Position numbers and translations under genes: made by a program
Part shown: positions 50,100 to 59,494 of the stretch, one piece after another
Layout of the letters: every line of letters starts with the position of its first letter
Numbering within the stretch: position 1 is the first letter of the stretch
From: Candidatus Moraniibacteriota bacterium
GTDB taxonomy: Bacteria; Patescibacteriota; Minisyncoccia; Moranbacterales; UBA1568
NCBI GenBank assembly: GCA_028688415.1
Contig: JAQTYF010000001.1
Coordinates: forward strand, 80,627 to 144,626
DNA: 64,000 bases
Direction of reading: 5' to 3'
The notes under the pieces: model-generated
Database searches by the model: none
What the model saw: the letters and a program-made list of their open reading frames with translations, nothing else
Told to the model about the DNA's origin: nothing

Positions 50100-51917
50100 A
50101 TGAATGAAATTACCCCACAAAAAAATATTCGAAACTTTTGCATTATTGCTCATATTGACCATGGAAAATCTACTCTAGCTGACCGTTTGATCGATCTGAC
50201 ACATACGGTGGAAAAACGGAAAATGAAAGAACAATTGCTCGATCAGATGGATCTCGAACGAGAACGTGGCATCACTATCAAGCTTCAGCCAGTCCAGATG
50301 CACTATATCTATGAGGGAGTGGAGTATATGTTGAATCTGATCGACACACCAGGACACGTAGACTTTCATTACGAAGTATCGCGCTCGCTTGCTGCAGTCG
50401 AGGGCGCTATCCTTCTCGTGGATGCTACCAAAGGAGTGCAGGCTCAGACACTTGCCAATCTCTATCTCGCTATTGAACAGGGTCTTGAAATCGTTCCTGT
50501 GATCAATAAAATTGATTTGCCGAATGCACAGGTAGAAAAAACCAAAAAAGAAATTGTTCATATTCTCGGATGCAAAGAAGAAGACATTCTCCTCGCTTCT
50601 GGGAAGACAGGGATGGGTGTACAAGCAGTACTCGAGCGAGTTATTACTCTTGTCCCTCCACCAAATGGAGATGCGGAAAAACCTCTTCGGGCACTTATTT
50701 TTGATTCTGTTTACAACACGTACAAAGGAGTCGTCGCGTATGTGAAAGTTGTTGATGGAAGTGTGAAGCGTGATGATATGCTCCATATGCTCGGAACAGA
50801 GAAAGAAGGAGTAACTGTTGAAGTAGGACTTTTTCATCCAAACCTCGTACCAACTGATATTCTTCGTGCTGGAGAGATCGGTTATATCGCTACAGGACTC
50901 AAAGAAGTGGGACACTGTCGCGTCGGAGATACAGTGACGTGGCGACTCAGAGACCGAGAAAAAGTGTTCGTGGAACGTCTCCCAGGGTACAAAGAAATCA
51001 AACCAGCCGTGTATGCGAGTTTCTATCCGCTTGATGGTGATGATTATACATTGATGCGTGACGCCTTGGATAAACTCAAGCTCAATGATGCTGCGTTCAC
51101 TTTCGAACCAGAAAGCAATCAGGCTCTCGGAAGAGGGTTTCGTTGTGGATTTCTCGGACTGCTCCATCTCGAAATTATTCAGGCCAGACTTGAGAGAGAA
51201 TTCGATCTCAGCCCGACGATTACAACACCGTCAGTTGTCTATGAAATTGCTTTGCATGGTGAGGAGAAACGCATTCCGTTGTATTCACCGACAAATCTTC
51301 CTGATCCATCAAGTATCGAGAAAATTTACGAACCATATGTCGCTCTTTCTATCGTGACGCCGAGTGAATATTTGGGAAATGTGATTACACTGACTTCGTC
51401 TATTCGTGCGGAATACAAAAATACAGAATACATCGATGAGGAACGGGTGCTCCTCTCTTTTGAAGCACCCCTGATGGATGTTATTGTCAACTTTCATGAT
51501 GATCTGAAAAGCGCTTCCTCGGGATATGCTTCGATGAATTATGAACCAATAGAATATCGAGCAAGCGACGTTGTCAAGCTTGAGATTCTCGTTGCGAATG
51601 AACACGTGGACGCTTTTGCTCGTATGATCCCTCGTCGGGATGCATACGGAGAAGGAAAACGTGTGGTAGAGAAATTGAAAGAAGTAATTCCGAAACAGAA
51701 TTTTGCTGTGGCTATCCAGGCTGCTATCGGAGGAAAAGTCATCGCTCGTGAGACGATCGCTGCGTTCCGTAAGGATGTGACAGGTGGTCTCTATGGGGGA
51801 GATTTTTCACGGAAGAAAAAGCTCCTTGAGAAGCAGAAAAAAGGGAAGAAGAAGATGCGTGATATCGGGAAAGTTTCTATTCCAGGAAGTGCTTTTCTCG
51901 CTGTGCTGAAGAAATAA
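50100..51917 (+). CDS. lepA: Elongation factor 4
   Basis: IAHIDHGKSTLADR, DTPGHVDF and KLLEKQKKGK. Confidence 0.97.
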   Translation: MNEITPQKNIRNFCIIAHIDHGKSTLADRLIDLTHTVEKRKMKEQLLDQMDLERERGITIKLQPVQMHYIYEGVEYMLNLIDTPGHVDFHYEVSRSLAAVEGAILLVDATKGVQAQTLANLYLAIEQGLEIVPVINKIDLPNAQVEKTKKEIVHILGCKEEDILLASGKTGMGVQAVLERVITLVPPPNGDAEKPLRALIFDSVYNTYKGVVAYVKVVDGSVKRDDMLHMLGTEKEGVTVEVGLFHPNLVPTDILRAGEIGYIATGLKEVGHCRVGDTVTWRLRDREKVFVERLPGYKEIKPAVYASFYPLDGDDYTLMRDALDKLKLNDAAFTFEPESNQALGRGFRCGFLGLLHLEIIQARLEREFDLSPTITTPSVVYEIALHGEEKRIPLYSPTNLPDPSSIEKIYEPYVALSIVTPSEYLGNVITLTSSIRAEYKNTEYIDEERVLLSFEAPLMDVIVNFHDDLKSASSGYASMNYEPIEYRASDVVKLEILVANEHVDAFARMIPRRDAYGEGKRVVEKLKEVIPKQNFAVAIQAAIGGKVIARETIAAFRKDVTGGLYGGDFSRKKKLLEKQKKGKKKMRDIGKVSIPGSAFLAVLKK

Positions 51918-51918
51918 T

Positions 51919-51993
51919 AAAAAAGTTCACGCAAAGAGTTTGCCCGCTGGGGCAAATGAATGGCTACCCAGAGAGATTGCTTGTGATAAGAAA
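51919..51993 (+). repeat. Family A repeat, 3' half only
   Basis: AAAAAAGTTCACGCAAAGAGTTT shared with 27372-27522; TTTGCC-CGCTGG-GGCAAA hairpin; GATTGCTTG end. Confidence 0.8.
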
Positions 51994-52080
51994 TCTTCCA
52001 TCTAAAGAATGGAATGATTTTTGCAAAATTGGGACGAAAACGGTATAATAAATGTGTAATATATTTTTATATAAATTCTT

Positions 52081-52398
52081 ATGGCAATGCAATTTACAGA
52101 CGCAAATTTCGAAGCAGAAGTATTGAAAAGTGATAAAATAACACTCGTCGATTTTTGGGCACCATGGTGTGGACCTTGTCAGTTGATGGGGCCAGTAATT
52201 GATGAACTCGCAGGAGAGATGACTACAGCCAAAATTGGTAAAGTAAACGTTGATGAAAACCCCAAGACAGCTGGCGCATACGGTATTATGTCTATTCCTA
52301 CCATCAAGGTGTTCAAGGCAGGTCAAGTAGTGAAGGAATTCGTCGGTGTTCAGGCCAAGGACAAATTGAAAGGTGAGCTCGAAAGTCTCGCAAAATAG
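52081..52398 (+). CDS. trxA: Thioredoxin
   Basis: WAPWCGPC. Confidence 0.95.
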   Translation: MAMQFTDANFEAEVLKSDKITLVDFWAPWCGPCQLMGPVIDELAGEMTTAKIGKVNVDENPKTAGAYGIMSIPTIKVFKAGQVVKEFVGVQAKDKLKGELESLAK

Positions 52399-52435
52399 AT
52401 TCTTTGCGTCTTCTCGTTTATAAAAACAAAAAAGT

Positions 52436-52876
52436 ATGAAAATCCACAATGAAAAAATTTTGTTGGAAAGCAAAACTCAGATAGAGTTTATAGACATCAC
52501 TGATCGAGTCCAAGAAATCATCGATCATTCTGGTATCCGTGAAGGACAGGTGCTCGTGTATGTGCCTCATACGACTATGGGTGTCTGTATCAACCATAAT
52601 GAGCCGATGCTTATCCAGGACTTTATGCGGATTCTCTACAAAACGGTTCCTGTGGATGATCATTATTCTCATGACCTTTTTGAACTGCGTCGCGAGTCTG
52701 GCTCGGATGGTCGGAGCAATGGACACTCACACTGCAAATCTATTCTCTTGGGGAATAGTGAGACCGTTCCTCTCGAGAAAGGCAAACTTTCTCTTACGGA
52801 ACGTCAGAATATTTTCGCTGTCGAATTTGATGGCTCTCGGAAACGCGACATCAGTATCCAGGTCATTGGATTATAA
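52436..52876 (+). CDS. yjbQ: YjbQ/UPF0047 family protein
   Basis: DIT, PHTT, NGHSH and EFDG.R.R. Confidence 0.85.
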   Translation: MKIHNEKILLESKTQIEFIDITDRVQEIIDHSGIREGQVLVYVPHTTMGVCINHNEPMLIQDFMRILYKTVPVDDHYSHDLFELRRESGSDGRSNGHSHCKSILLGNSETVPLEKGKLSLTERQNIFAVEFDGSRKRDISIQVIGL

Positions 52877-52906
52877 TCTTTTTCTTTTGTAAGACAGTAT
52901 TCTTCT

Positions 52907-53920
52907 ATGCGTGTATTTCTTTTTATTGCTCTTACTCTCTCCCTTCTCACTCTCGGAGCTTTCTTTTTTCTTTCGTATGCGGAGGATGATTCTCATGGAT
53001 CCAGACGAGACATGCAGCGTTTTGTCGTGAACGAGGGGGATAATGTACTTACTCTATCGGAACATCTCGAGGATGCTCAGATTATCACATCACGTTATAT
53101 TTTGATGTGGCATCTGGCTCGTATCGGCAAGACACATGATCTCGTAGCAGGAACCTATAGTTTGAGCGGGGATCTCTCACCAACAGAAATTGCCTTCTTG
53201 ATTACTGAGGGCCGAGTCATTCCTCGAGATATCAAGGTGACCTTTCCAGAAGGATGGGAAAGCAAGAAGATGGCAGAACGACTCACTGCAAATAGTCTCC
53301 CTGGTGCGGATTTTTTGGCGTTGGCACAGACGCCAAAAGCTGAATGGCGAGAGAGATTTGATTTTTTGAAAGAAATCCCAGAAGATGCTTCTCTCGAAGG
53401 TTTTCTTTTCCCTGATACATACCTCTTTGATCGAGAAGCGTCGGCTCAGACTATCATCGAAAAAATGCTGACGAATTTCGAGAAAAAATGGAATACTTCT
53501 TTCCGTACCACAGCAAGAGATGAGAATAAAAATATTTATGAAATAGTGACGCTTGCCAGTATTGTCGAAAATGAAGTGAAATCGAATGCAGATCGAGCAA
53601 TGGTTGCTGACCTCTTCCTTCGTCGATTGAGTATCGGTCAAGCGCTGCAGAGCGATGCGACACTTCAATACATACTCGGATTGGACAAGGTAAAACATTC
53701 TTTCGAAGAGACCCGCACAGAGTCACCCTACAATACGTATGTGAATCCTGGTCTCCCACCGGGACCAATCGGTAATCCTGGAACATCCTCTCTACAAGCA
53801 ACCCTTTTTCCCAAGAAAAATCCTTATTTTTATTTTTTGAATGATACAAAGACAGGAGAAACTATTTTCTCGGTCACATTCGAAGAACACGTGAAAAACA
53901 AAAGTCTGCACGGATTGTAA
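52907..53920 (+). CDS. mltG: Endolytic murein transglycosylase
   Basis: TFPEG, LEGFLFPDTY, LASIVENE and SPYNTY..PGLPPGPI.NPG. Confidence 0.93.
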   Translation: MRVFLFIALTLSLLTLGAFFFLSYAEDDSHGSRRDMQRFVVNEGDNVLTLSEHLEDAQIITSRYILMWHLARIGKTHDLVAGTYSLSGDLSPTEIAFLITEGRVIPRDIKVTFPEGWESKKMAERLTANSLPGADFLALAQTPKAEWRERFDFLKEIPEDASLEGFLFPDTYLFDREASAQTIIEKMLTNFEKKWNTSFRTTARDENKNIYEIVTLASIVENEVKSNADRAMVADLFLRRLSIGQALQSDATLQYILGLDKVKHSFEETRTESPYNTYVNPGLPPGPIGNPGTSSLQATLFPKKNPYFYFLNDTKTGETIFSVTFEEHVKNKSLHGL

Positions 53921-53941
53921 GATTGATAGGATGTTTGTAGT

Positions 53942-55042
53942 ATGAAAATAGCTCTGGTACATGATTATTTGGTGCAATACGGGGGAGCAGAGCGAGTACT
54001 CGAGGCTTTCACTGAGCTGTTTCCGTATGCCCCGATCTATACACTCATCTATGACAAAGAAGCGATGCATGGGGTTTTCGAAAACAAACGTATCTACACG
54101 TCATTTCTCCAGCACTTTCCCTTTTCACGCAAACGACATCGTTTTTTTCCACCGCTTATGCCACTGGCTATTGAGCAGTTTGACTTGAGTAAGTATGATG
54201 TCGTATTGTCGGATTCATCGAGCTATGCCAAGGGTATCATCACTCGTCCTGAGACCCTCCATATCTGCTATATGCACACCCCGATGCGCTACGCGTGGGA
54301 TGATTGTCAGAAGTATACTCAAGATTTCGGATTTCCAGCGCTGGTGAAAAAAATTGTTCCATTTTTTATGAACCCGATTCGTCTCTGGGACAAATCTTCA
54401 GCTGACCGTGTGGATCATTTTCTGACGAATTCACAATTTGTTACTAAACGTATCAAGAAATATTATAACAAAGAAGCTCTCGTTGTTCATCCGCCAGTCA
54501 ATGTCAACCATTTCTTTCTTTCAGAAGAAAGACAGGATTATTTTCTTATTGTCGGTCGTCTCATTGCTTACAAGCGTCACGACATCGCTATCGAGGCCTT
54601 CAATCGGTTGAAACTCCCACTCAAAATTATCGGACGAGGACCAGAACTCGAACGTCTGAAGAAAATAGCTGGTCCGACGATCGAATTCCTTGGTCGTGTT
54701 CCCGAAGAAGAATTGCCAACATACTATGCCAAGTGTCGGGGATTTATTTTTCCTCAGGAAGAAGATTTTGGTATTGTGGCGATAGAAGCGATGGCGTCCG
54801 GTCGTCCGATCATTGCCTATCGTGCTGGAGATATCGTAGAACATCTGGAAGAGGGAAAGATGGGAGTTTTCTTTGATACACAGACGCCAGAAGCAATCAT
54901 TGATGCCGTACATCGTTTCCGTGACGACGACTACGACCCGGCGTATATCAGGAGTAGAGCCCTCCCTTTTGACAAAGAGCGATTTAAGACTACAATAAAG
55001 GACTATATAGAAAAAGCTTTGAAGAATCACCTTCAAAGCTAA
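53942..55042 (+). CDS. Glycosyltransferase family 4
   Basis: HDYL.QYGGAERV and EDFGIVAIEAMASG. Confidence 0.92.
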   Translation: MKIALVHDYLVQYGGAERVLEAFTELFPYAPIYTLIYDKEAMHGVFENKRIYTSFLQHFPFSRKRHRFFPPLMPLAIEQFDLSKYDVVLSDSSSYAKGIITRPETLHICYMHTPMRYAWDDCQKYTQDFGFPALVKKIVPFFMNPIRLWDKSSADRVDHFLTNSQFVTKRIKKYYNKEALVVHPPVNVNHFFLSEERQDYFLIVGRLIAYKRHDIAIEAFNRLKLPLKIIGRGPELERLKKIAGPTIEFLGRVPEEELPTYYAKCRGFIFPQEEDFGIVAIEAMASGRPIIAYRAGDIVEHLEEGKMGVFFDTQTPEAIIDAVHRFRDDDYDPAYIRSRALPFDKERFKTTIKDYIEKALKNHLQS

Positions 55043-55127
55043 AAATGATACAATGAACTAATTTCGAAATTGTGACATTAGAAATTGTTTGAAAATTAGA
55101 AATTGAAAATTGGTTAATTAAATTCGT

Positions 55128-55739
55128 ATGGAACTGAGAGAATATCTCGACATTTTCAAGAGACAAATCAAATGGTTTTGGATAACTATTCTTTTGTTTC
55201 TTTTCATAGCGGGAGCATGGCAACAAAATCAGCCAGAGACATTGGAAGCCACACTGCTCCTCAATATTGGTCGTGCCAGTGTTCAAGATACTCGAGACTA
55301 CACATTCGATAGTTTTTATCGATTGCAGGCAGACGAACGTTTTGCCGATACAGTAGTGAGGTGGCTCGGTTCTTCTCGTGTCGCAGAAGATATCTATAGA
55401 GCAGTTGACAGAGAGACGAGAGATATGAGCACTCAGACACTCGAGAACGTTTTTGAAGCGAAGCGCTTGTCTTCTCAGATGATCGAAGTGACGTATGCAC
55501 ATCCAGACTATGAGACACTCCAAAAAATGTCTGAAGCGACAGTCACGCATCTGAACAACTACGCAGAACAATTGAACAAAGAAAGTCGTGAACAAACCCA
55601 TTGGTTTACGATTGTGGGCAGCGACCCTATCATTCGTGATGTACGGATTACTCTTTCTTTTGCTCTTTCGGTCGGACTGGCTTTTGGAATATTTATCGGA
55701 TTTTGGGTGGCGCTTATAAAACACTATTTCTCAAAGTGA
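55128..55739 (+). CDS. Wzz-like chain-length determinant protein
   Basis: MELREY.DI start; TM helices at both ends; lies between glycosyltransferases. Confidence 0.6.
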   Translation: MELREYLDIFKRQIKWFWITILLFLFIAGAWQQNQPETLEATLLLNIGRASVQDTRDYTFDSFYRLQADERFADTVVRWLGSSRVAEDIYRAVDRETRDMSTQTLENVFEAKRLSSQMIEVTYAHPDYETLQKMSEATVTHLNNYAEQLNKESREQTHWFTIVGSDPIIRDVRITLSFALSVGLAFGIFIGFWVALIKHYFSK

Positions 55740-56899
55740 TGCGGATAGGAATCGATATACGGTGTCTGGCAGAAGGAAAACGTACGGGAGTGGAAGAATA
55801 TACTATTGCTCTTCTTTCTGGACTTTTCGAACAATTTCCAGAGAATGACTACATTCTTTTTTTCAATGCATGGAAGAAGCAACTTCCTGATTTCTCGTGG
55901 GCGACTCGGTATCCCAATGTGACACTGCGAGTGTTCCATTTTCCAAATAAATTGCTCAATTTCTCACTCTGGTACTTCCGTTTTCCGAAACTCGATACAC
56001 TTATTGGCGGTACGGATGTATTTTTTCTTCCGAATTTGAACTTCTCCGCTGTTTCTCGTAAGACGAAACTGGTGGTGACAGCACACGACCTGTCATTCGA
56101 ACTCTTCCCAGACACTTTCTCTCTGAAACGTCGTATCTGGCATTTTTTCATCAATTTCAGAAGTCTAGTTCGGAACGCTGACGCTGTGATTGCCGTATCA
56201 GAATCGACCAAGAATGACCTCATAGATTACTACGGTGTTTCAGAAAAGAAAATAACCGTGATCCACAGTGGCATAGGAGAACAATTCTCCGTGATGAGTC
56301 GTAATGATACGAACCTTGTTCGAGTACAGGAGAAATATCATCTGCCATACAAATTCATCCTTTCTCTTTCGACATTCGAACCACGCAAGAACCTACTTGC
56401 TCTCATATCAGCCTTTGATGCATTGATGGCACTCGACCATCCTGTACTCAAGAAATATATGCTCGTGATTGCTGGTACACGTGGGTGGAAATATCGAGAG
56501 ACGTTTCAAGCGATCAAAAACTCTCCATACAGAAAAAACATTCTCCTGACGGGATTTATCGCCGATGAGGACAAATCCGCGCTTTATAATCTTTCGAGTC
56601 TTTTTGTTTACCCATCATTTTATGAAGGATTCGGATTTCCACCTCTCGAAGCGATGGCGTGCGGTGTGTCTGTCATCGCTTCCCATTCGTCTTCTCTCCC
56701 AGAAATAGTCGGTTCGGCAGGGATACTCGTCGATCCGTATCGACCAGACGAGCTCTTCCAGGCGATGAAACAGGTCTTGCTCGATCCAGAACTCCTAGAC
56801 ACACTCCGTAAACAAAGCGAACTGCGAGCACGTGATTTCCAGTGGAGCACTTCCATCGCATCGACGGCTCATATCTTCTCTTCGATTGTTGAAAACTGA
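55739..56899 (+). CDS. Glycosyltransferase family 4
   Basis: IGIDIR, EPRKN and PSFYEGFGFPPLEAM; TGATG overlap with the upstream gene. Confidence 0.92.
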   Translation: MRIGIDIRCLAEGKRTGVEEYTIALLSGLFEQFPENDYILFFNAWKKQLPDFSWATRYPNVTLRVFHFPNKLLNFSLWYFRFPKLDTLIGGTDVFFLPNLNFSAVSRKTKLVVTAHDLSFELFPDTFSLKRRIWHFFINFRSLVRNADAVIAVSESTKNDLIDYYGVSEKKITVIHSGIGEQFSVMSRNDTNLVRVQEKYHLPYKFILSLSTFEPRKNLLALISAFDALMALDHPVLKKYMLVIAGTRGWKYRETFQAIKNSPYRKNILLTGFIADEDKSALYNLSSLFVYPSFYEGFGFPPLEAMACGVSVIASHSSSLPEIVGSAGILVDPYRPDELFQAMKQVLLDPELLDTLRKQSELRARDFQWSTSIASTAHIFSSIVEN

Positions 56900-57102
56900 G
56901 CATTGTTTCGAAAAATGATGTTTTTTCGAGCTTCCTTGACAGCTCGTTTTTTTTTGCAAAAAATATGATACAATTACCACAGAGAGATGTCGATATCTCT
57001 TCTCGTTAGACTCTCTGACGAAAATGTAAGAAAACAAACAGTTGTGCGTCATAAGAAACAGAGAGGAATATAATCCTCATAGTAAATAATAATAAAAAGT
57101 GT

Positions 57103-58506
57103 ATGAAGGAGAAAAACACAAAGAAGATAGGCACAGGAGCAGCATTACTCATAGCAGTAATGTCTTTTAGTTCGTTTTTTGCCGTGGCATCGTTGGTAGG
57201 GAAGAACCAATCTCCTCTGACTCCAGTCAGTCTTGCGAGTGATAATGAGGGGGAAGATGGTAATGATTCAGATGAGAACAAAGACGAGGAAGATGATGAC
57301 AAGGATGAGGTGAAGTCTGCTTCTGAAAAAGCTAAGAAAGAGAAAGAAAAATCTCGAGAAGATTTGAAGAAGCGTTCTGAACGTGCAAAAGAGTCCAATA
57401 AGCAAACCACAGAACAAGATTCTGATGATGAAGAAGATAATAATGATGAAAACGAAGGAGATGAAAACGACGAGAACGACGACAATGATGGAGATGTAGA
57501 TGACGATATGGATGAAGAAGATGATGATTCTTATGGTCAGGCACGAGGAGGGGATTTCGAGGGCATGTACAAAGACAGCGCGAAAACCCTTTCAAAATTG
57601 CAGGAAAATATAGCAGAAGCTGAGAAACATATTCTCGAAAAACAAGCAGAAGGAGTCGATGTGACTACTGCTCTTGCTGAGCTGAGTCTTGCCAAGGCCA
57701 AATTGGCTGGAGTAAGTACAGCATTTACTGCAAGCAATTTCGAGATGGCCAAGAAATTGTCCAAAGAAATCAAAAAAGAATCACTTTTCAGCGAGAAAGA
57801 TCTCGAGTTCAAGAAAGATATGACTGAGTCGATAGCAGAAGTGATGAAGAAATTTACGAAAGTAGAGAAGAAAATTGCCTCGCTCGTCGCTCTTGGTGGC
57901 GATTCGACGACGTTCAACACACAATTGGCGTCACTCCGAGCTGATTTTGATGTCTTACAAACTTCATCACTCGTGACACGAACTGATGCGAGAGCTTTCG
58001 AGAAAAAAGCTGAACGATTGAAGAATCTCGTCGAGCAATCAATTTTTGCTCTCGGTGGCACAGAAGAAGATGATGATCTCTATGCCGATCATGAAGAAGA
58101 TGCGGATGATCTCGATGAAGATTTGAATGATGTGGCTGAGATCGAAGACGGTGATGACAATGGTGTTGCGAAGAAGGTTCGTGCTATTGCAGCAGAACAC
58201 CGCTCATCAGTAGCTGATATCGCCAAAAGTTTGAGTGATATTCAGAATCAGAGCGGATTTACAAAAACAGTTTTTGGTCCTGATGCTACCGCCTTGAATG
58301 GTCTCACAGCACAGACGACTGCTATGACGGCTCGTGCTGATGCATTGACGACTGCCTCTACACAGGTGACCGATCCTGATGTGAAACAGATTCTCACAGA
58401 TCGTGCATCAGCACTGCGTAGTGAGGCTTCCAAGCTTCAGGCGTATCTCACTGCTACGACAAACCAGTTCAGTATCTTCGGAAAATTCCTCTCTCTCTTT
58501 CGCTAG
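57103..58506 (+). CDS. Secreted acidic (D/E-rich) helical protein
   Basis: Signal/TM N-terminus, long D/E/N tracts, coiled-coil segments. Confidence 0.75.
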   Translation: MKEKNTKKIGTGAALLIAVMSFSSFFAVASLVGKNQSPLTPVSLASDNEGEDGNDSDENKDEEDDDKDEVKSASEKAKKEKEKSREDLKKRSERAKESNKQTTEQDSDDEEDNNDENEGDENDENDDNDGDVDDDMDEEDDDSYGQARGGDFEGMYKDSAKTLSKLQENIAEAEKHILEKQAEGVDVTTALAELSLAKAKLAGVSTAFTASNFEMAKKLSKEIKKESLFSEKDLEFKKDMTESIAEVMKKFTKVEKKIASLVALGGDSTTFNTQLASLRADFDVLQTSSLVTRTDARAFEKKAERLKNLVEQSIFALGGTEEDDDLYADHEEDADDLDEDLNDVAEIEDGDDNGVAKKVRAIAAEHRSSVADIAKSLSDIQNQSGFTKTVFGPDATALNGLTAQTTAMTARADALTTASTQVTDPDVKQILTDRASALRSEASKLQAYLTATTNQFSIFGKFLSLFR

Positions 58507-58526
58507 CGAAGAGAAGGAAAGAAAAC

Positions 58527-58560
58527 AATCCCTTATCCTTGATGAGGGATTTTTTCTTTT
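58527..58560 (+). terminator. Intrinsic terminator
   Basis: AATCCCTTATC/GATGAGGGATT followed by a T-run. Confidence 0.75.
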
Positions 58561-58622
58561 GTGATTTCTGTGATATTCTAATGGTGTAGCAAATTTTGTA
58601 AAATAAATCGACACGTATCACT

Positions 58623-59234
58623 ATGGATAAGAAATCAAAAATATTTTTTGCCGTATTTTTTCTACTCATTGTTCTCTCTGTTGGAGCGACCTACTATCGG
58701 TATGTCGTGGCGCATGACTATATGATTCAGGCAGAGTTAGACTGTGATCCCTATACTGAATCTTGTTTCGTCTATGTTTGTGATCCGGAAGCTGATGAAG
58801 AATGTACCGGAGATCCGATAGAAGATACTTCGTATTACAAACTTATCGATCGCAATGCCAAGAATATTCCTCTTTGTGATCCTGCCGATGAAAATTGTAC
58901 TGCTCTCGTGTGTGAAGAAGGGGAGGTAGACTGCTCATACACACTCTGTGATCCAGAGACAGCCGAAGAGGGTGAAGTGTGTAATGATCCAGTTGTGTAT
59001 ACAGCCGAGAATCCGATAGAAGAAGAAACAGATGAAGCAGTGGATGAAGAAGGAGCTACTACTCTGACTGAGGACGAAGAAAGTATCCCTGCTACCGAAG
59101 GCGAAGAAACAGCAAATGAAACAGTCGAAGGAGAAGAAACAACAGAAACTCCTGCAAATGCTAATGAAACAGAACCTGTATCTACCGAAGCATCCATCAC
59201 TCCTGCAGTTTCTGGGACGGTTATCGTGCCCTAG
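58623..59234 (+). CDS. Membrane-anchored Cys-rich protein with CDP repeats and an acidic tail
   Basis: N-terminal TM helix, four CDP motifs, ten Cys, E/T-rich C-terminus. Confidence 0.75.
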   Translation: MDKKSKIFFAVFFLLIVLSVGATYYRYVVAHDYMIQAELDCDPYTESCFVYVCDPEADEECTGDPIEDTSYYKLIDRNAKNIPLCDPADENCTALVCEEGEVDCSYTLCDPETAEEGEVCNDPVVYTAENPIEEETDEAVDEEGATTLTEDEESIPATEGEETANETVEGEETTETPANANETEPVSTEASITPAVSGTVIVP

Positions 59235-59272
59235 TATATTTGATTCATATCGCTATCGGTATTTAGCTATGA

Positions 59273-59491
59273 CATAGCAGAAGAGGGTTTTTTCGGACAC
59301 GTTTCGAAGTCTTTTTTTATTTTGCAGATCTTACAAATATAGTAGCCAAGAAGCTCACACAATCTTTGAAAGTACAGGTGAAAACCGGTATAATGGACGG
59401 GTATATCACCGATGCGCATGTGTACAAAAACACCTATGACGATGCATTCGATATCCTGAGTACGTATCTTAATCAAACAGCTACAGCTTAA
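59273..59491 (+). pseudogene. 3' remnant of a thymidylate-synthase-like gene (tentative)
   Basis: Stop-free frame ending 3 nt before the next ATG; GIMDGYITDAHVYKN resembles the TS G..h.I.DAHIY motif; no 5' part. Confidence 0.4.
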
Positions 59492-59494
59492 TAT

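Noticed and set aside
59393..59491. 32-aa ORF as a RiPP precursor for the SPASM enzyme
   Set aside because: Its ATG overlaps the -10 box and has no RBS, the frame continues upstream, and it fits better as a gene remnant; it is also 3.5 kb and one terminator away from the rSAM gene.
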